Made by a program: the position numbers and the translations under genes
Source: Patescibacteria group bacterium
GTDB lineage: Bacteria; Patescibacteriota; Patescibacteriia; UBA10025; JAHIVO01
DNA length: 64,000 nucleotides
Direction of reading: 5' to 3'
NCBI GenBank assembly: GCA_049325535.1
Contig: JBMOKY010000001.1
Location: 93,002-157,001, forward strand
Notes under the pieces: generated by a model
Databases searched by the model: none
What the model saw: the letters and a program-made list of their open reading frames with translations, nothing else
Told to the model about the DNA's origin: nothing
Part shown: one piece after another, positions 1-9,999 of the stretch
Position numbering within the stretch: the first letter of the stretch is position 1
Layout of the letters: every line of letters begins with the position of its first letter

Positions 1-1589
1 TCAACTTCTTGGTGTAGGTCCCCTTTGAGCTGCTCGGGAGTCTTGCCGCTGCGCTGCAATTCCCGCTGAACGCTTGCCTGTTCCCCGGCCAGTTGATCTC
101 GCTGTCCCTGCAGCATCGTTTGACGTTCGGTCGCCACTTGGAGTTTGATAGATGCCTCCTGGCGGGCATGAAGTGCGGCATCTTTTTTTTGGAGGATGGC
201 AGTGATGGTATCCTGTAGCGCAATGACTAATTCTGGATCCCCGGTACCCGTACTCTGTACCTTGTGGCGTAATTGCGCCAGCTGGCTGGTTACCGTCTGC
301 ACTTCGGCGGTGACACCTTTCAGGTCATCCGGGGTCGCGGCGGCGGACATGGCGTCGAGGATTGTCTTTTGGCGATCATATATTTGATCCAATTCCGTGG
401 CGATTTCCGGAATGGTAATAGACTTTTTTGTTGCCAGCGCTTCTTTGGCGGCGGTTAGCTGTGCTGCGGTAGTTTGGTATTCCTGGTTGAGTGACTGGTG
501 GGACGTGTCGGCAGCCGCAAATGCGCGTTGGTATTCGGTGACACTGGCCGAAACCGTTTTCAGTTCCTGGGTCAATTTGTCGGTGTCTGATTGGAGCTGC
601 TCCAGGCGACGTTCCAGCCACACGAGATTTGCATCACCCGATTCCTGGCGGGCACTGTCGACGCGCCCCTGCAGTGATGCCTGTTCACGGAGCAAACGCT
701 GTTTCTGGGTGCTGATATCGGCGTATTGACGCTGTAATTGGCTGAAGCGATCCTGACGAGATGAGCCGACGGCCAGATCTCGCATGCGCTGCTCAATGGT
801 GGCCATGGTTTTTTCCAGGGCTGTGCGGGTACTATCGACTTCCTGGTATTTTGCCTCGAATTTTTTATGCTGTTCGCGCAACGTGTGCCAACTCCCGGTA
901 TAATAGGTGTGCTGAAGCTGCTTCAGCTGGGCCAATACCTCCTCGCGGCGTTCTAGCCGATTGACCTGGCGGGTCAGCGAGCGGAGGCGCGGTTCGATTT
1001 CTTGGATCAGCAAATCGGCCTGCTGCAGATTTTCCCGCGTCAGGTTGAGCTTATTTTCCGCCTGCTCTTTTTTGATCTGGTACTGGCGGACACCGGCGGC
1101 TTCATCGAAATATTCCTTGCGCTGGGTCGGACTGGCGGCCAGGAACGCATCAACCGTCCCCTGCCCGATAATACTGTAGGTGCGCTGTCCAAAGTTCGAT
1201 TTGGCCAGCAGCATGAGGATGTCTTGGAGGCGGACCCGGTTTTTATTGATAAAATATTCTCCCTCACCATCGCGTGACATGCGTCGGGTGATGACGATTT
1301 CGGAGTAGTCGAGCGGCGCTTTGCGGTCTTCATTATTGAGGATCATGTCTACCTGGCAGTAGCCCAGGCGGGTTTTTTTGTCCGAGCCGGCAAAAATAAC
1401 ATCGCCGGATTTTTTACCGCGAATTGATTTGAGGCTTTGTTCGCCCAATACCCAACGGACCGCATCGGCAATATTTGATTTGCCGGACCCATTCGGGCCG
1501 ACGATGGCGGTGATGCCGGGCTTGAATTCCAGCGTTGTTTTATTGGCGAATGATTTGAACCCTTGGATGACGATTCGTTGCAGGTACAT
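1..1589 (-). CDS. smc: Chromosome segregation protein SMC (N-terminal part; runs off window edge)
   Basis: Manual translation from ATG at 1589: MYLQRIVIQGFKSFANKTTLEFKPGITAIVGPNGSGKSNIADAVRWVLGEQ (Walker A, SMC N-terminal signature), followed by coiled coil. Confidence 0.95.
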   Translation of the reverse strand, partial: MYLQRIVIQGFKSFANKTTLEFKPGITAIVGPNGSGKSNIADAVRWVLGEQSLKSIRGKKSGDVIFAGSDKKTRLGYCQVDMILNNEDRKAPLDYSEIVITRRMSRDGEGEYFINKNRVRLQDILMLLAKSNFGQRTYSIIGQGTVDAFLAASPTQRKEYFDEAAGVRQYQIKKEQAENKLNLTRENLQQADLLIQEIEPRLRSLTRQVNRLERREEVLAQLKQLQHTYYTGSWHTLREQHKKFEAKYQEVDSTRTALEKTMATIEQRMRDLAVGSSRQDRFSQLQRQYADISTQKQRLLREQASLQGRVDSARQESGDANLVWLERRLEQLQSDTDKLTQELKTVSASVTEYQRAFAAADTSHQSLNQEYQTTAAQLTAAKEALATKKSITIPEIATELDQIYDRQKTILDAMSAAATPDDLKGVTAEVQTVTSQLAQLRHKVQSTGTGDPELVIALQDTITAILQKKDAALHARQEASIKLQVATERQTMLQGQRDQLAGEQASVQRELQRSGKTPEQLKGDLHQEV

Positions 1590-1715
1590 AACCGAAGATG
1601 GCGGAGAAGGAATAGATGACTCAATAAGGTAATAGGGCATGGTATGTGCCCTTCATGGATGCGATTATAACAGATTTTCTTGTATCCATCAATGCAGATA
1701 TGGTGCTGGAGTATT

Positions 1716-1757
1716 AAAAAACCGCCGTACCCTGACATACGTTCAGGGAACGGCGGA
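1716..1757 (-). terminator. Intrinsic terminator after purL
   Basis: Stem ccgccgt-a-ccctga...tcaggg-a-acggcgg preceded on + by an A-run (U-tract on - strand). Confidence 0.7.
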
Positions 1758-1784
1758 AATAGATGATCTGGTGTACTATACCTC

Positions 1785-4700
1785 CTATTGGGTACACCAG
1801 GAATGTGCATTTTGGAACATCGTGAGCCACGGCGAGGCGTCCAGTCCCTGCAGTTTGGATGGCAGCCAGTGCCATTGCCAGAGTTTGAATGCCCGCTCCG
1901 GATGAGGCATCATGGCGAGGTGCCGACCATCCGGCGAGCAGAGTCCAGCAATGCCGCCCGGGGAGCCATTCGGATTGAATGGATACTGTTCAGTCGGTTG
2001 GCCGTCCCCGTCGACATAGAACAGGGGTGCCAGACCGTTTTCAATGACATGGCGCATCACTTCCGGATCAGGAAAGTAAGCACGACCTTCACCATGGGCT
2101 ACGGGGACGCCGAATGTCGAGCCTGCCATGCCCTGCAGCATGATGGCCGGACTCTCCGGAATGGTCACTGCCACCCAGCGAGAGTCGAACCGCCGTGAGT
2201 GGTTGCGGATGAACCGCGGCTGTTGCTCTGCCGGCAGGCCAGCCAGTGGCACGATTCCAGCTAACGTCATCCATTGGCATCCATTGCAGACGCCGAGGGA
2301 GAATGTGTCAGTCCGGGTGAAGAAGTCATCGAACATCTTGAGTAATGTTGGATTGCATCGGATGCTCATCGCCCAACCCTTACCAGCATCCAGGACATCG
2401 GCATAGGAGAATCCGCCGACAATGGCCATGCCGCGGAATCGACTGAAGTCAGTCAGGCGGCCATTGAGCAGGTCGGTCATGGTGACATCCCATGGCCTGA
2501 AACCTGCCAGGTGAAACGCCGACGTCATCTCACGATCACCGTTGCTTCCCTCTTCACGCAGGATGATTACCTCCGGTTTGTCATCCCGATCAAGGATTGT
2601 CGCCGGCGTTTTTTTCGGAGTGAATGTCAGCTGGTAGTCAGCAGGTAGTTTGCCGTGATTGGCAGTTTGCTGCTTGGCAACCCGGTGATCCATCTGTTCC
2701 AGCTCGAGCCGGTCGCTGGTCGCTTCCCACCATCGCAGAACGGTGTCGGTATCCACATCCAGGACGTTTTCCGTACCCTGGCGGCAGATGATCCGACGTT
2801 CGGTAGTAGTGTGGCCAAGTATAGTTACTGACAGACCGGTCAGTTCATGCAGCACATCTGCCTCGTTTTCCGGCAGGTATTCGATCACCGCGCCGGCCTC
2901 TTCAGCAAACAGCTGATCAAGAGCAGCGCGTTGGTCATCCAGTCCGATACGTAGCCCGCACCAGCCCGACAGAGCCATCTCTACCAGCGTCGTGATGAGA
3001 CCCCCGTCGCTGATGTCATGGCCGGCCAGGATGCGACCGTGACTGATGAGGCGCTGGATCGATTGAAACATGGCGACGAGCATTTCTGGATGTTCAATAT
3101 CCGGGCACTCATCACCAATCTGTCCCAGGCTCTGGGCAAAGGCACTGCCACCGAGACGACATGCGCCATCACCTAGATCAATATACAGAAGCTTTGATCT
3201 GCCTGGCATCTTGATGTCAGGCGTCACTTTCTTCGTAATATCGTCCATGGTGGCATAAGCGGAGACGACCATGGTGCCCGGTGACTTAACCAGTTCATCG
3301 CCGACCATGGAGGACATTGACAGACTGTCTTTGCCGCCATCGGCTGCGATGCCACAAGTGATCATGGTGTCGGCCATGGCTTGGGCCGCGTCGACCAGCC
3401 GGGCGCCTTCGCCAGGCAGCTTCGCTGCCCACATCCAATTGACCGATGACTTGATGTCCACCAATCCACTCAGTCGGGCGAATACGATGTTCGTCAAGGC
3501 TTCGGCCACGGACATACGGGCACCAGCTTCCGGATCCACCAGCATTTTGATCGGTTGTTCACCGATGCTGGTAGCTCCGCCAACCAGTTCAAAATGGCTC
3601 ATCGCCATGACACCGTAGTCAGCCACCGGCAATTGGAGCGGACCACAGCATTGCTGCTGGCCGACCAGACCGGTGACGCTGCGATCTACTTTGTTTGTCA
3701 GGTTTGTCTTCGATCCCACACTTGGCAAACGCAGTACATCGCACAGTGCCTCGGCAATACCCAGATTCGACGGGATAGCCAGCGGCTTGAGTTTCCGTGG
3801 TATACGTTCCAGCTGGAACGTTTTTTGCGGAATACCGCTGAGCGTTTTGGCCAGTTCCAGATCGACCGGTATCGAGCCGGTACGGTCATTCACGACCACC
3901 ACGCGCCCATCACCGGTGATCTCGCCGACCACGTCACATGGTACCTTTTCCCGTTTGCAGATTGCCCGGAAGTCGTCAATTCGGTTAGCCCGTATCAACA
4001 ATCCGTAGCTCTCCTGGAATTCAGCGCACCATATCTCCACATCGGCCAAGGTCTGATCGCCCAAAGTGATGCGATCCAGATGGATGCGGCCTCCTGCCGG
4101 GTCCACCAGTTCGCTCAGTACATTGGACGGGCCGCCGGCACCCTGGTCATGGATACTAGCAATCGGATTGTCAGCTTCCAGTTCTACACAGGCACGGATG
4201 ACGCGGAAAGTCTTCTGTCCCATTTCCGCATCACCACGCTGGACAGAGTCAAATTCCAGTTTGAGGTCCTGGTTTACACCAGAAGCCATACTGGACATGG
4301 CGCCGCCGCCGAACCCGATCCGGTAGGCCGGTCCGCCGATGCGGACGATGAGCATACCGGGTTCGGGCGCCTCCTTCTGCAGGTGCGTGTCGCTGATCAG
4401 GCCGATGCCGCCGGTGAACAGAATGGGTTTGATATACTCGCACCGTTCACCGCCGGGTAGACGTTGGCCGAAGCTACGGCAAAATCCCACAATCAGCGGC
4501 TCGCCGTACTTATTGCCGTAATCCTTGGCTCCGTAAGAGCCTTGAGTGATCACGCTGAGCGGCGTTTCATACTGTGGTGGGTAGTCAAACGTTCGGTCTT
4601 CGCCGGGGATATGGTAGTCAGATAGGTTGAGGCAACCGAAGGCATAGCCCACGGTAGCCGCCACCGTTAGTGACCCGCGTCCGGTCGCGTTATTATCCCG

Positions 4701-5591
4701 CTCCCGTCCGCCGGTACCCGTTTCTGCGCCTGCAAAACACGCCACCAGTGTCGGCCAGTTATGCGTTTCCGCCGTAAAGACCAGGTGGTAGGTACGTTGT
4801 TGTCGGGAAAACGGTGAGCAGGTGCCCGGATGCTCAGGAATGATCGTCCAGACCGTATACCCTTTGATGGCGCTAGAGTTGTCGCCAAAGGCGATGACAC
4901 TGTTGCCAGGATTCGCTTCCAGCGTTGACTTGATGATCTGCATCAGGGTACGAGGTACGGGCATCCCGTCAATCATCAAGCGACCCCTAAAAAACGGATG
5001 TCGAGAATGCTCGCTGTTTTTCTGAGCCAGGTCGAACAGTTCGACATTGGTCGGATTGCGCTGGTAGACACGGACAAACAGGTCGAAATAGAATTTCATA
5101 TCCTGCTCGTCGAATGATAGTCCCATTTCCCGGTTGACCCGGATCAGTTCCGCCATACCCTTTTCCATCAGCGGGATGGCATAGGTCTGGGCCGGTTTTG
5201 CGCCGCTGTCAAAGGTGGCGAGCGGGTTGGGATAGGCGCATTCCGTCATCCGGTCATGGCGCTGGGCAATGAAGTCCGCGTCCGTTATTCCGTCAGGGAC
5301 GACGTACCGCCGTGAGCGTTCCAGCCGAGTAATGGCGGTCAGACCGCAGGCGTGGCAGATGGCGACCGCATTGGTTGAGAAGGCTGTTTCAAAGTTGAGG
5401 CGCGGACCGACTTCAATGATGCGCCGGTTTGTGCCGTCCAGCAGGGAGCGTTCGCCGAATTGTTCCGGTTCAAACGTCTCCGCCAGGATCAACCTGAGGG
5501 TTGCCATCTCATCAGTCGTCAGGGGGCGACTTGTTTCAATATTGAAACAATACTCGAACCCTGGTTCAATGCGTCTGAACATTTTGTTCAC
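1785..5591 (-). CDS. purL: Phosphoribosylformylglycinamidine synthase (large single-chain PurL)
   Basis: 1268 aa; NSEHSRH, IHDQGAGG, DGGKDSLSM, HDISDGG; glutaminase domain GVCNGCQ and MMPHPER. Confidence 0.97.
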   Translation of the reverse strand: MNKMFRRIEPGFEYCFNIETSRPLTTDEMATLRLILAETFEPEQFGERSLLDGTNRRIIEVGPRLNFETAFSTNAVAICHACGLTAITRLERSRRYVVPDGITDADFIAQRHDRMTECAYPNPLATFDSGAKPAQTYAIPLMEKGMAELIRVNREMGLSFDEQDMKFYFDLFVRVYQRNPTNVELFDLAQKNSEHSRHPFFRGRLMIDGMPVPRTLMQIIKSTLEANPGNSVIAFGDNSSAIKGYTVWTIIPEHPGTCSPFSRQQRTYHLVFTAETHNWPTLVACFAGAETGTGGRERDNNATGRGSLTVAATVGYAFGCLNLSDYHIPGEDRTFDYPPQYETPLSVITQGSYGAKDYGNKYGEPLIVGFCRSFGQRLPGGERCEYIKPILFTGGIGLISDTHLQKEAPEPGMLIVRIGGPAYRIGFGGGAMSSMASGVNQDLKLEFDSVQRGDAEMGQKTFRVIRACVELEADNPIASIHDQGAGGPSNVLSELVDPAGGRIHLDRITLGDQTLADVEIWCAEFQESYGLLIRANRIDDFRAICKREKVPCDVVGEITGDGRVVVVNDRTGSIPVDLELAKTLSGIPQKTFQLERIPRKLKPLAIPSNLGIAEALCDVLRLPSVGSKTNLTNKVDRSVTGLVGQQQCCGPLQLPVADYGVMAMSHFELVGGATSIGEQPIKMLVDPEAGARMSVAEALTNIVFARLSGLVDIKSSVNWMWAAKLPGEGARLVDAAQAMADTMITCGIAADGGKDSLSMSSMVGDELVKSPGTMVVSAYATMDDITKKVTPDIKMPGRSKLLYIDLGDGACRLGGSAFAQSLGQIGDECPDIEHPEMLVAMFQSIQRLISHGRILAGHDISDGGLITTLVEMALSGWCGLRIGLDDQRAALDQLFAEEAGAVIEYLPENEADVLHELTGLSVTILGHTTTERRIICRQGTENVLDVDTDTVLRWWEATSDRLELEQMDHRVAKQQTANHGKLPADYQLTFTPKKTPATILDRDDKPEVIILREEGSNGDREMTSAFHLAGFRPWDVTMTDLLNGRLTDFSRFRGMAIVGGFSYADVLDAGKGWAMSIRCNPTLLKMFDDFFTRTDTFSLGVCNGCQWMTLAGIVPLAGLPAEQQPRFIRNHSRRFDSRWVAVTIPESPAIMLQGMAGSTFGVPVAHGEGRAYFPDPEVMRHVIENGLAPLFYVDGDGQPTEQYPFNPNGSPGGIAGLCSPDGRHLAMMPHPERAFKLWQWHWLPSKLQGLDASPWLTMFQNAHSWCTQ

Positions 5592-5651
5592 GAGGATTCC
5601 TCCTTCTTTTCTATTGTTAAATATCTGTTTGTATTCTGTTTTTAGTCATTC

Positions 5652-5681
5652 ACCGTACCACCGCCCCCAGCGCAGCGTCAA
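5652..5681 (-). promoter_or_regulatory. Sigma70-like promoter of purL
   Basis: TTGACG-N18-TACGGT on - strand; AAGGAGG SD upstream of the start region. Confidence 0.55.
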
Positions 5682-5683
5682 GT

Positions 5684-5719
5684 AAAAAAAGCCGCCGTTC
5701 CTGTAAACCAGGAACGGCG
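5684..5719 (-). terminator. Intrinsic terminator after pyrBI
   Basis: Perfect stem cgccgttcctg/caggaacggcg plus 7-U tract on - strand. Confidence 0.8.
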
Positions 5720-5745
5720 AAAGTACAGACAGAACTGGAGATGGC

Positions 5746-7233
5746 CTAGGCACAGAGCCGGGCCACTAACTGGTCGTGCGGGAAATCCCGTTCACAGTAG
5801 TGGCAGCGGCAGACTGAGCCGGGCGTACTCCGATCGAGCACCCGGAAGATGGTAGCCGCCTCGGGGTCGGCATTGGTGATACAGCTGCTATTCAGGCAGC
5901 GGAACACACCGAAGACGTGGGAGGGGATGTGGAAGCGTTTCTTCAGCTGGGTTTCATTGCCCGGGAATTCATTGATGGTGATTTCCGGGAAGATGAATTG
6001 GAGCGTGGCCGCCGCGACGTCGGGAAGCGTGATACCCGAGAGCAACATCACATCTTTCAGCCCCTCGTATTTGCGGGAGCGCACCAACTGCACCAGCTGC
6101 CGCGGATGGTTGTCGCCGATGGAGGTCAGCTGTTCCAACAGATGGAGGGCGGCAATCGCTCGATTCGGAGGAAGATGATCGATGACGGTTCCCGTCGTGA
6201 TCGGCTGGAAGTGCTTGACCGGTTTGCCCCGGTCTTCGATGCGGATGCTTTCGGCATTGATCAGCAGATCGGCATCATGCCGTGGGCGGCCGATACCTAC
6301 GAATGGATTGAGCAGCGCCCGGGCGATGAGCGCCATGCGAGTGGGGATGCCGTAGCGGGCCTGTTCAAAAGCCACCATGCGCGGATCGTTTTTGATGTCC
6401 GGATCGATCTCCTCGACTGAGGGAAGCGGGTGCATCACGATCACATCGGGTTTGCATATGTCAAGGAATTTCTTGTTGAACACGTACGTACCCTGTACCG
6501 CCAGACGCAGCGCCACATCAGCGATGCGTTCCAGCTGGAACCTGGTCACATAGATCACGTCGCATTCCTTGAGCGCCTCCATGGACTCACTCTCGCACAC
6601 GACATTGATACCTGCCTTGTACTGTGACAGCATTTCCGCGCCTTTTGGCGCCACCAGGGTAACCCTGATATTTTCGAAATGCCGCAGTGCCTGTATCAGC
6701 GAGACAGCGGTCCGGCCGTTTGCCAGATCGCCGACCAGGCCGATATGCAGATTATCGAGCCGTCCTTTTTTGATCAGGATGGTGAGCAAGTCGAGCATGG
6801 TCTGGGTCGGATGCTGGTTCCGGCCGTCACCGCCATTCAGGACGGTGACCTCCCGACCGTAATCCTCCAGCACTTCGGCCATCCACCGCGCTCCACCCTC
6901 CAGACCTGAGCGCAGCACCAGCACGTCCGCTCCCTGGTCAGCCAGCATCCGGGCCGTGTCGGCAAAACTCTCTTTCTTGACCAGCGAGGTGCCCTCGGCT
7001 CCCGAGATCTGGTGCGTCCGCATCATCAGATTCAGCATCGCTTGCATGAATGAGCCGAGAGTTCGCGTGCTCGGTTCCAGGAACAGCAGAGTTCCTTTTT
7101 TGGTAGGAAATCCGGTCGGGGCGGAGCGGGCAAGGGCATAGGGAACCATCTTTTGCCCGGCGACTACCATGTCATGAATGGATGCGCCGTCGGGGAAATC
7201 ATTGGTGCTCAAGATGTGTGAATAGGGATACAT
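5746..7233 (-). CDS. pyrBI: Fused aspartate carbamoyltransferase catalytic + regulatory chain (PyrB-PyrI)
   Basis: FLEPSTRT, HPTQTMLDL and MHPLP (PyrB); then GTVIDHLP and Zn motifs CLNSSCITN...RCHYCER (PyrI). Confidence 0.93.
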   Translation of the reverse strand: MYPYSHILSTNDFPDGASIHDMVVAGQKMVPYALARSAPTGFPTKKGTLLFLEPSTRTLGSFMQAMLNLMMRTHQISGAEGTSLVKKESFADTARMLADQGADVLVLRSGLEGGARWMAEVLEDYGREVTVLNGGDGRNQHPTQTMLDLLTILIKKGRLDNLHIGLVGDLANGRTAVSLIQALRHFENIRVTLVAPKGAEMLSQYKAGINVVCESESMEALKECDVIYVTRFQLERIADVALRLAVQGTYVFNKKFLDICKPDVIVMHPLPSVEEIDPDIKNDPRMVAFEQARYGIPTRMALIARALLNPFVGIGRPRHDADLLINAESIRIEDRGKPVKHFQPITTGTVIDHLPPNRAIAALHLLEQLTSIGDNHPRQLVQLVRSRKYEGLKDVMLLSGITLPDVAAATLQFIFPEITINEFPGNETQLKKRFHIPSHVFGVFRCLNSSCITNADPEAATIFRVLDRSTPGSVCRCHYCERDFPHDQLVARLCA

Positions 7234-7359
7234 TAAAACCTCCTGCCCTCCATTGAGGGTGGCTAGATTGTTAATAAAACTGTAATTATTTGTGTTTTAA
7301 CTCAAATTATTGCAAGGGTAACATGCGTCCGGTATTACGTCAAATAGTGTCTCTCGGAT

Positions 7360-7394
7360 AAAAAAATCGGGACTCTGAAATGGCCAGAGTCCCG
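7360..7394 (-). terminator. Intrinsic terminator after pyrE
   Basis: Stem cgggactctg/cagagtcccg with U-tract on - strand. Confidence 0.75.
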
Positions 7395-7435
7395 GATGTG
7401 TAGTTGCGATGGTACGCGCTGGAAGCGCGCGATGG

Positions 7436-8182
7436 TTATGCTGCCGACCTGGTGCCGGTGAGCAATTCCCAGTTTGTGCGGGGCTTCTTCGGCGGGATAG
7501 CTTCAGAACCCTTCTGGCACAGGGGGCACTCGTCCAGCGTCCAGCGCGGCATGGGCTGGTCGACGACCGCGACATACTGCTGGCTGCCGAACGCCTTTTC
7601 ACCGGAGCGATTGAAGAAAATCCCGACGAACGGTATCAGTTTCGCGCCGCCGTCAGTGGCCTGTCGCAGGGCTTCATGCTGCGCCCGCAGGGTAGTCGCC
7701 TCGGTAATTAGTTCCTCCACCTGGAGAACAGTTTCGCCCGGTTTGATGCCGAAGCGCATGAGCTGTTTCATTTTGTCCTTCTCCTCCGTGAAGGCAAAAC
7801 GAGCTCCCAGATGGGCGGCGACTTTTGTTCCGAACGTGATGGCGGCCATCGGTGACGAGAGTACCCAGTCGACGCCGCCGAATGCGATGCCCGCGTCCAG
7901 CAGCTGTTTGGCCAGCTGGGCGGCCATCAGATCCTCCATGCGCGGGTACTCAAAGAACTCGCTGCAGTTGATATACCCGTCGGAGTGCTTGCCGCTGGTG
8001 AGCAGGGCATGCGGTCGTGTCGGGTCACCGGCGTAGTCGAAGTACCAATGGGCATTGGCGATGCCGAGCAGCCGGAGGATTTCCTCGGTGGGGATGAGAA
8101 ACCCTTTGTGGATGGCCTCGAGCTGCAGCCGATGATTGAACAGGCAGAGGTCACGTGGTGTGGCCAGTTGCTGTGTTTCCAT
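7436..8182 (-). CDS. pyrE: Orotate phosphoribosyltransferase, divergent
   Basis: HALLTSGKHSDGYINC, type I PRTase layout, C-terminal ECPLCQKG...PKKP; in operon with pyrF. Confidence 0.8.
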   Translation of the reverse strand: METQQLATPRDLCLFNHRLQLEAIHKGFLIPTEEILRLLGIANAHWYFDYAGDPTRPHALLTSGKHSDGYINCSEFFEYPRMEDLMAAQLAKQLLDAGIAFGGVDWVLSSPMAAITFGTKVAAHLGARFAFTEEKDKMKQLMRFGIKPGETVLQVEELITEATTLRAQHEALRQATDGGAKLIPFVGIFFNRSGEKAFGSQQYVAVVDQPMPRWTLDECPLCQKGSEAIPPKKPRTNWELLTGTRSAA

Positions 8183-8203
8183 GAATACATCCTTTGTATG
8201 CGC

Positions 8204-8593
8204 TTATATGCGCAGTTTGTGGTTTACGGTTTGCATGAGATCGTGGAGCGCTTCGGATTCTGTGGGCCGGAAATCAAAGACCATGTCGAGGTGAGCTGCG
8301 TGGATGACGGCCATGACCTGGTCAGATATACAGCAGAGCGTCAATGCTCCACCGACATTTTTGATGCGGATCATGACACTGAGCAGTAGTCCGAGTCCGA
8401 TACTGTCTATATGCTCGATTCCCTCGAGATTCAGGCAGAATCCTCTGATGTTTCGACCCAGGCATTCTGTGATATGGTCACTGAATGATGTTGCTGCTGC
8501 GCTTTTGTCGATGTGGCCAGCCAGCCGGGCGATCTCGATCTGATCATTCCGCGTCACATATGAGACGCGGAAACGTGGCTCAGGTGATGGCAC
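8204..8593 (-). CDS. STAS-domain anti-sigma factor antagonist
   Basis: LAGHID...LNLEGIEHIDSIGLGLLL (conserved phospho-Ser DS.G motif). Confidence 0.88.
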   Translation of the reverse strand: MPSPEPRFRVSYVTRNDQIEIARLAGHIDKSAAATSFSDHITECLGRNIRGFCLNLEGIEHIDSIGLGLLLSVMIRIKNVGGALTLCCISDQVMAVIHAAHLDMVFDFRPTESEALHDLMQTVNHKLRI

Positions 8594-8610
8594 GGATGTC
8601 CTCCGGACGG

Positions 8611-9468
8611 CTAGGCTGTGGCGCGCAGCTCGTTCAATTCATCATTGGTTTTCTGCGCCTCGGCCTTGGCCGCCTGCGCCCAGTCGGCCTCCCGCGAGGC
8701 GTAAAGTACACTGCGGGAAACGTTGACCACGGCCAGCCCGCCATTATTGGCAGCGATGATTGCCGCGGCTTCGCCACCCTGGGTTTTCAGTCCCGGGATG
8801 AGCAGCGGGATGTCCGGTCCGACCGCCGCCCTGATTTCAGCCAGCTGAGCGGGCTTGGTCGCGCCGACCACCAGGCCATAGTTGCCACTGGCGCCGAAAG
8901 CACCGGTTGACTGGATGGCCACGTGCATATACACGGGCATAATCGGCTGATCAGCGCTCACTGCCGGCTGTACCGGGAGGGACTGGTAGTCGGCACTGCC
9001 CGGATTTGACGTGAGGCAGAGGCCGAAGACGCCCAGATGCAGGTCGAAAAACGGCTGAGCCGTTTCATTGCCCATGTAGGGGTTCCAGGTGACCGCGTCG
9101 CCACCGATTCCGTACAGGGCGGCTGCGTACTGCTCGGCGGTGTTGCCGATGTCGTTCCGTTTCCCGTCGAGGATGATGACGTGGTTTGGGCAGATCTGCC
9201 GGATGTACCGGACCGTCCGCTCCAGGGCTTTCCATCCTTTCCGGCCCTGGCTTTCGTAAAAAGCCAGGTTCGGTTTCCAGCCGCAGCAGCGCTCGGCAGT
9301 GACCTCGACGATGGTGCGGTTGAATTTTTCGATGGCGGCATCGGGGCTGATGTGGAAGAGCTCGGTGATTTCGCCGGGGACTTTCTTTTCGTCGAAATCC
9401 AGGCCGACGATCATCATGCTGCCCGAAATTTCCTGGGCATGCTTCAGTTTTTCCACAAAGGTTTGCAT
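8611..9468 (-). CDS. pyrF: Orotidine-5'-phosphate decarboxylase
   Basis: VGLD, KPNLAFYE, ILDGKRNDIGNT, LTSNPGS, GLVVGAT, LIPG..QGG, VNVSRSVLYA. Confidence 0.96.
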   Translation of the reverse strand: MQTFVEKLKHAQEISGSMMIVGLDFDEKKVPGEITELFHISPDAAIEKFNRTIVEVTAERCCGWKPNLAFYESQGRKGWKALERTVRYIRQICPNHVIILDGKRNDIGNTAEQYAAALYGIGGDAVTWNPYMGNETAQPFFDLHLGVFGLCLTSNPGSADYQSLPVQPAVSADQPIMPVYMHVAIQSTGAFGASGNYGLVVGATKPAQLAEIRAAVGPDIPLLIPGLKTQGGEAAAIIAANNGGLAVVNVSRSVLYASREADWAQAAKAEAQKTNDELNELRATA

Positions 9469-9634
9469 GTTTTACCTCCATGCGGTGAATAGGTTGTGAT
9501 GAGAACGGTTTCTCTGGTTTATTTTGGTTTCCCCCTACCTTAGCATCAGTCAGGTGGCTGGTCAATAAAAAGCGCGCCCGCAGAGCGGGGCGCGCGTAGG
9601 GCTGGTTTGGGTGTCGGCAGAACCGACGATCGCG

Positions 9635-9841
9635 TCAGGTGGTCAGGCGGCTGACGTTGACTATTCTCAGCGCGGGGTCGCACTCGACTACCTGGAATTT
9701 CCAGCTACTCGGCAGAGCATGGTTCTCGCCGGAGAAACGGAAGTCCATTTCGACTGTCTCGCCGGCATCAGGCCAGCGGTCTGAGCTGCAGTATCCGAGC
9801 TCGTGTTCGGTATTTCCGTCCACCAGGACGATTTTGTACAT
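9635..9841 (-). CDS. Small hypothetical protein (~68 aa)
   Basis: GGAGG SD upstream; TTGACG-N17-TACGGT promoter at 9903-9931; downstream hairpin gcgcgccc/gggcgcgc. Confidence 0.6.
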   Translation of the reverse strand: MYKIVLVDGNTEHELGYCSSDRWPDAGETVEMDFRFSGENHALPSSWKFQVVECDPALRIVNVSRLTT

Positions 9842-9999
9842 GATCACGACGAACCTCCGTGGGTGATGGTTATGCGATGGAGAATGTATTTTTATTTTTC
9901 TGACCGTAACACAGACCCTTGAGCCCGTCAAATAAAATAAGAGGGGCGGGTCTTTCGGTGACCAGCCCCTGACAAGAGCAAAATCGGTGAGTGGCAGAA

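Noticed and set aside
3555-4460. 301-aa + strand ORF and other long antisense ORFs (15827-16741, 30333-30959, 46721-47659)
   Set aside because: Shadow ORFs opposite well-supported genes in GC-rich coding DNA, with no recognisable motifs
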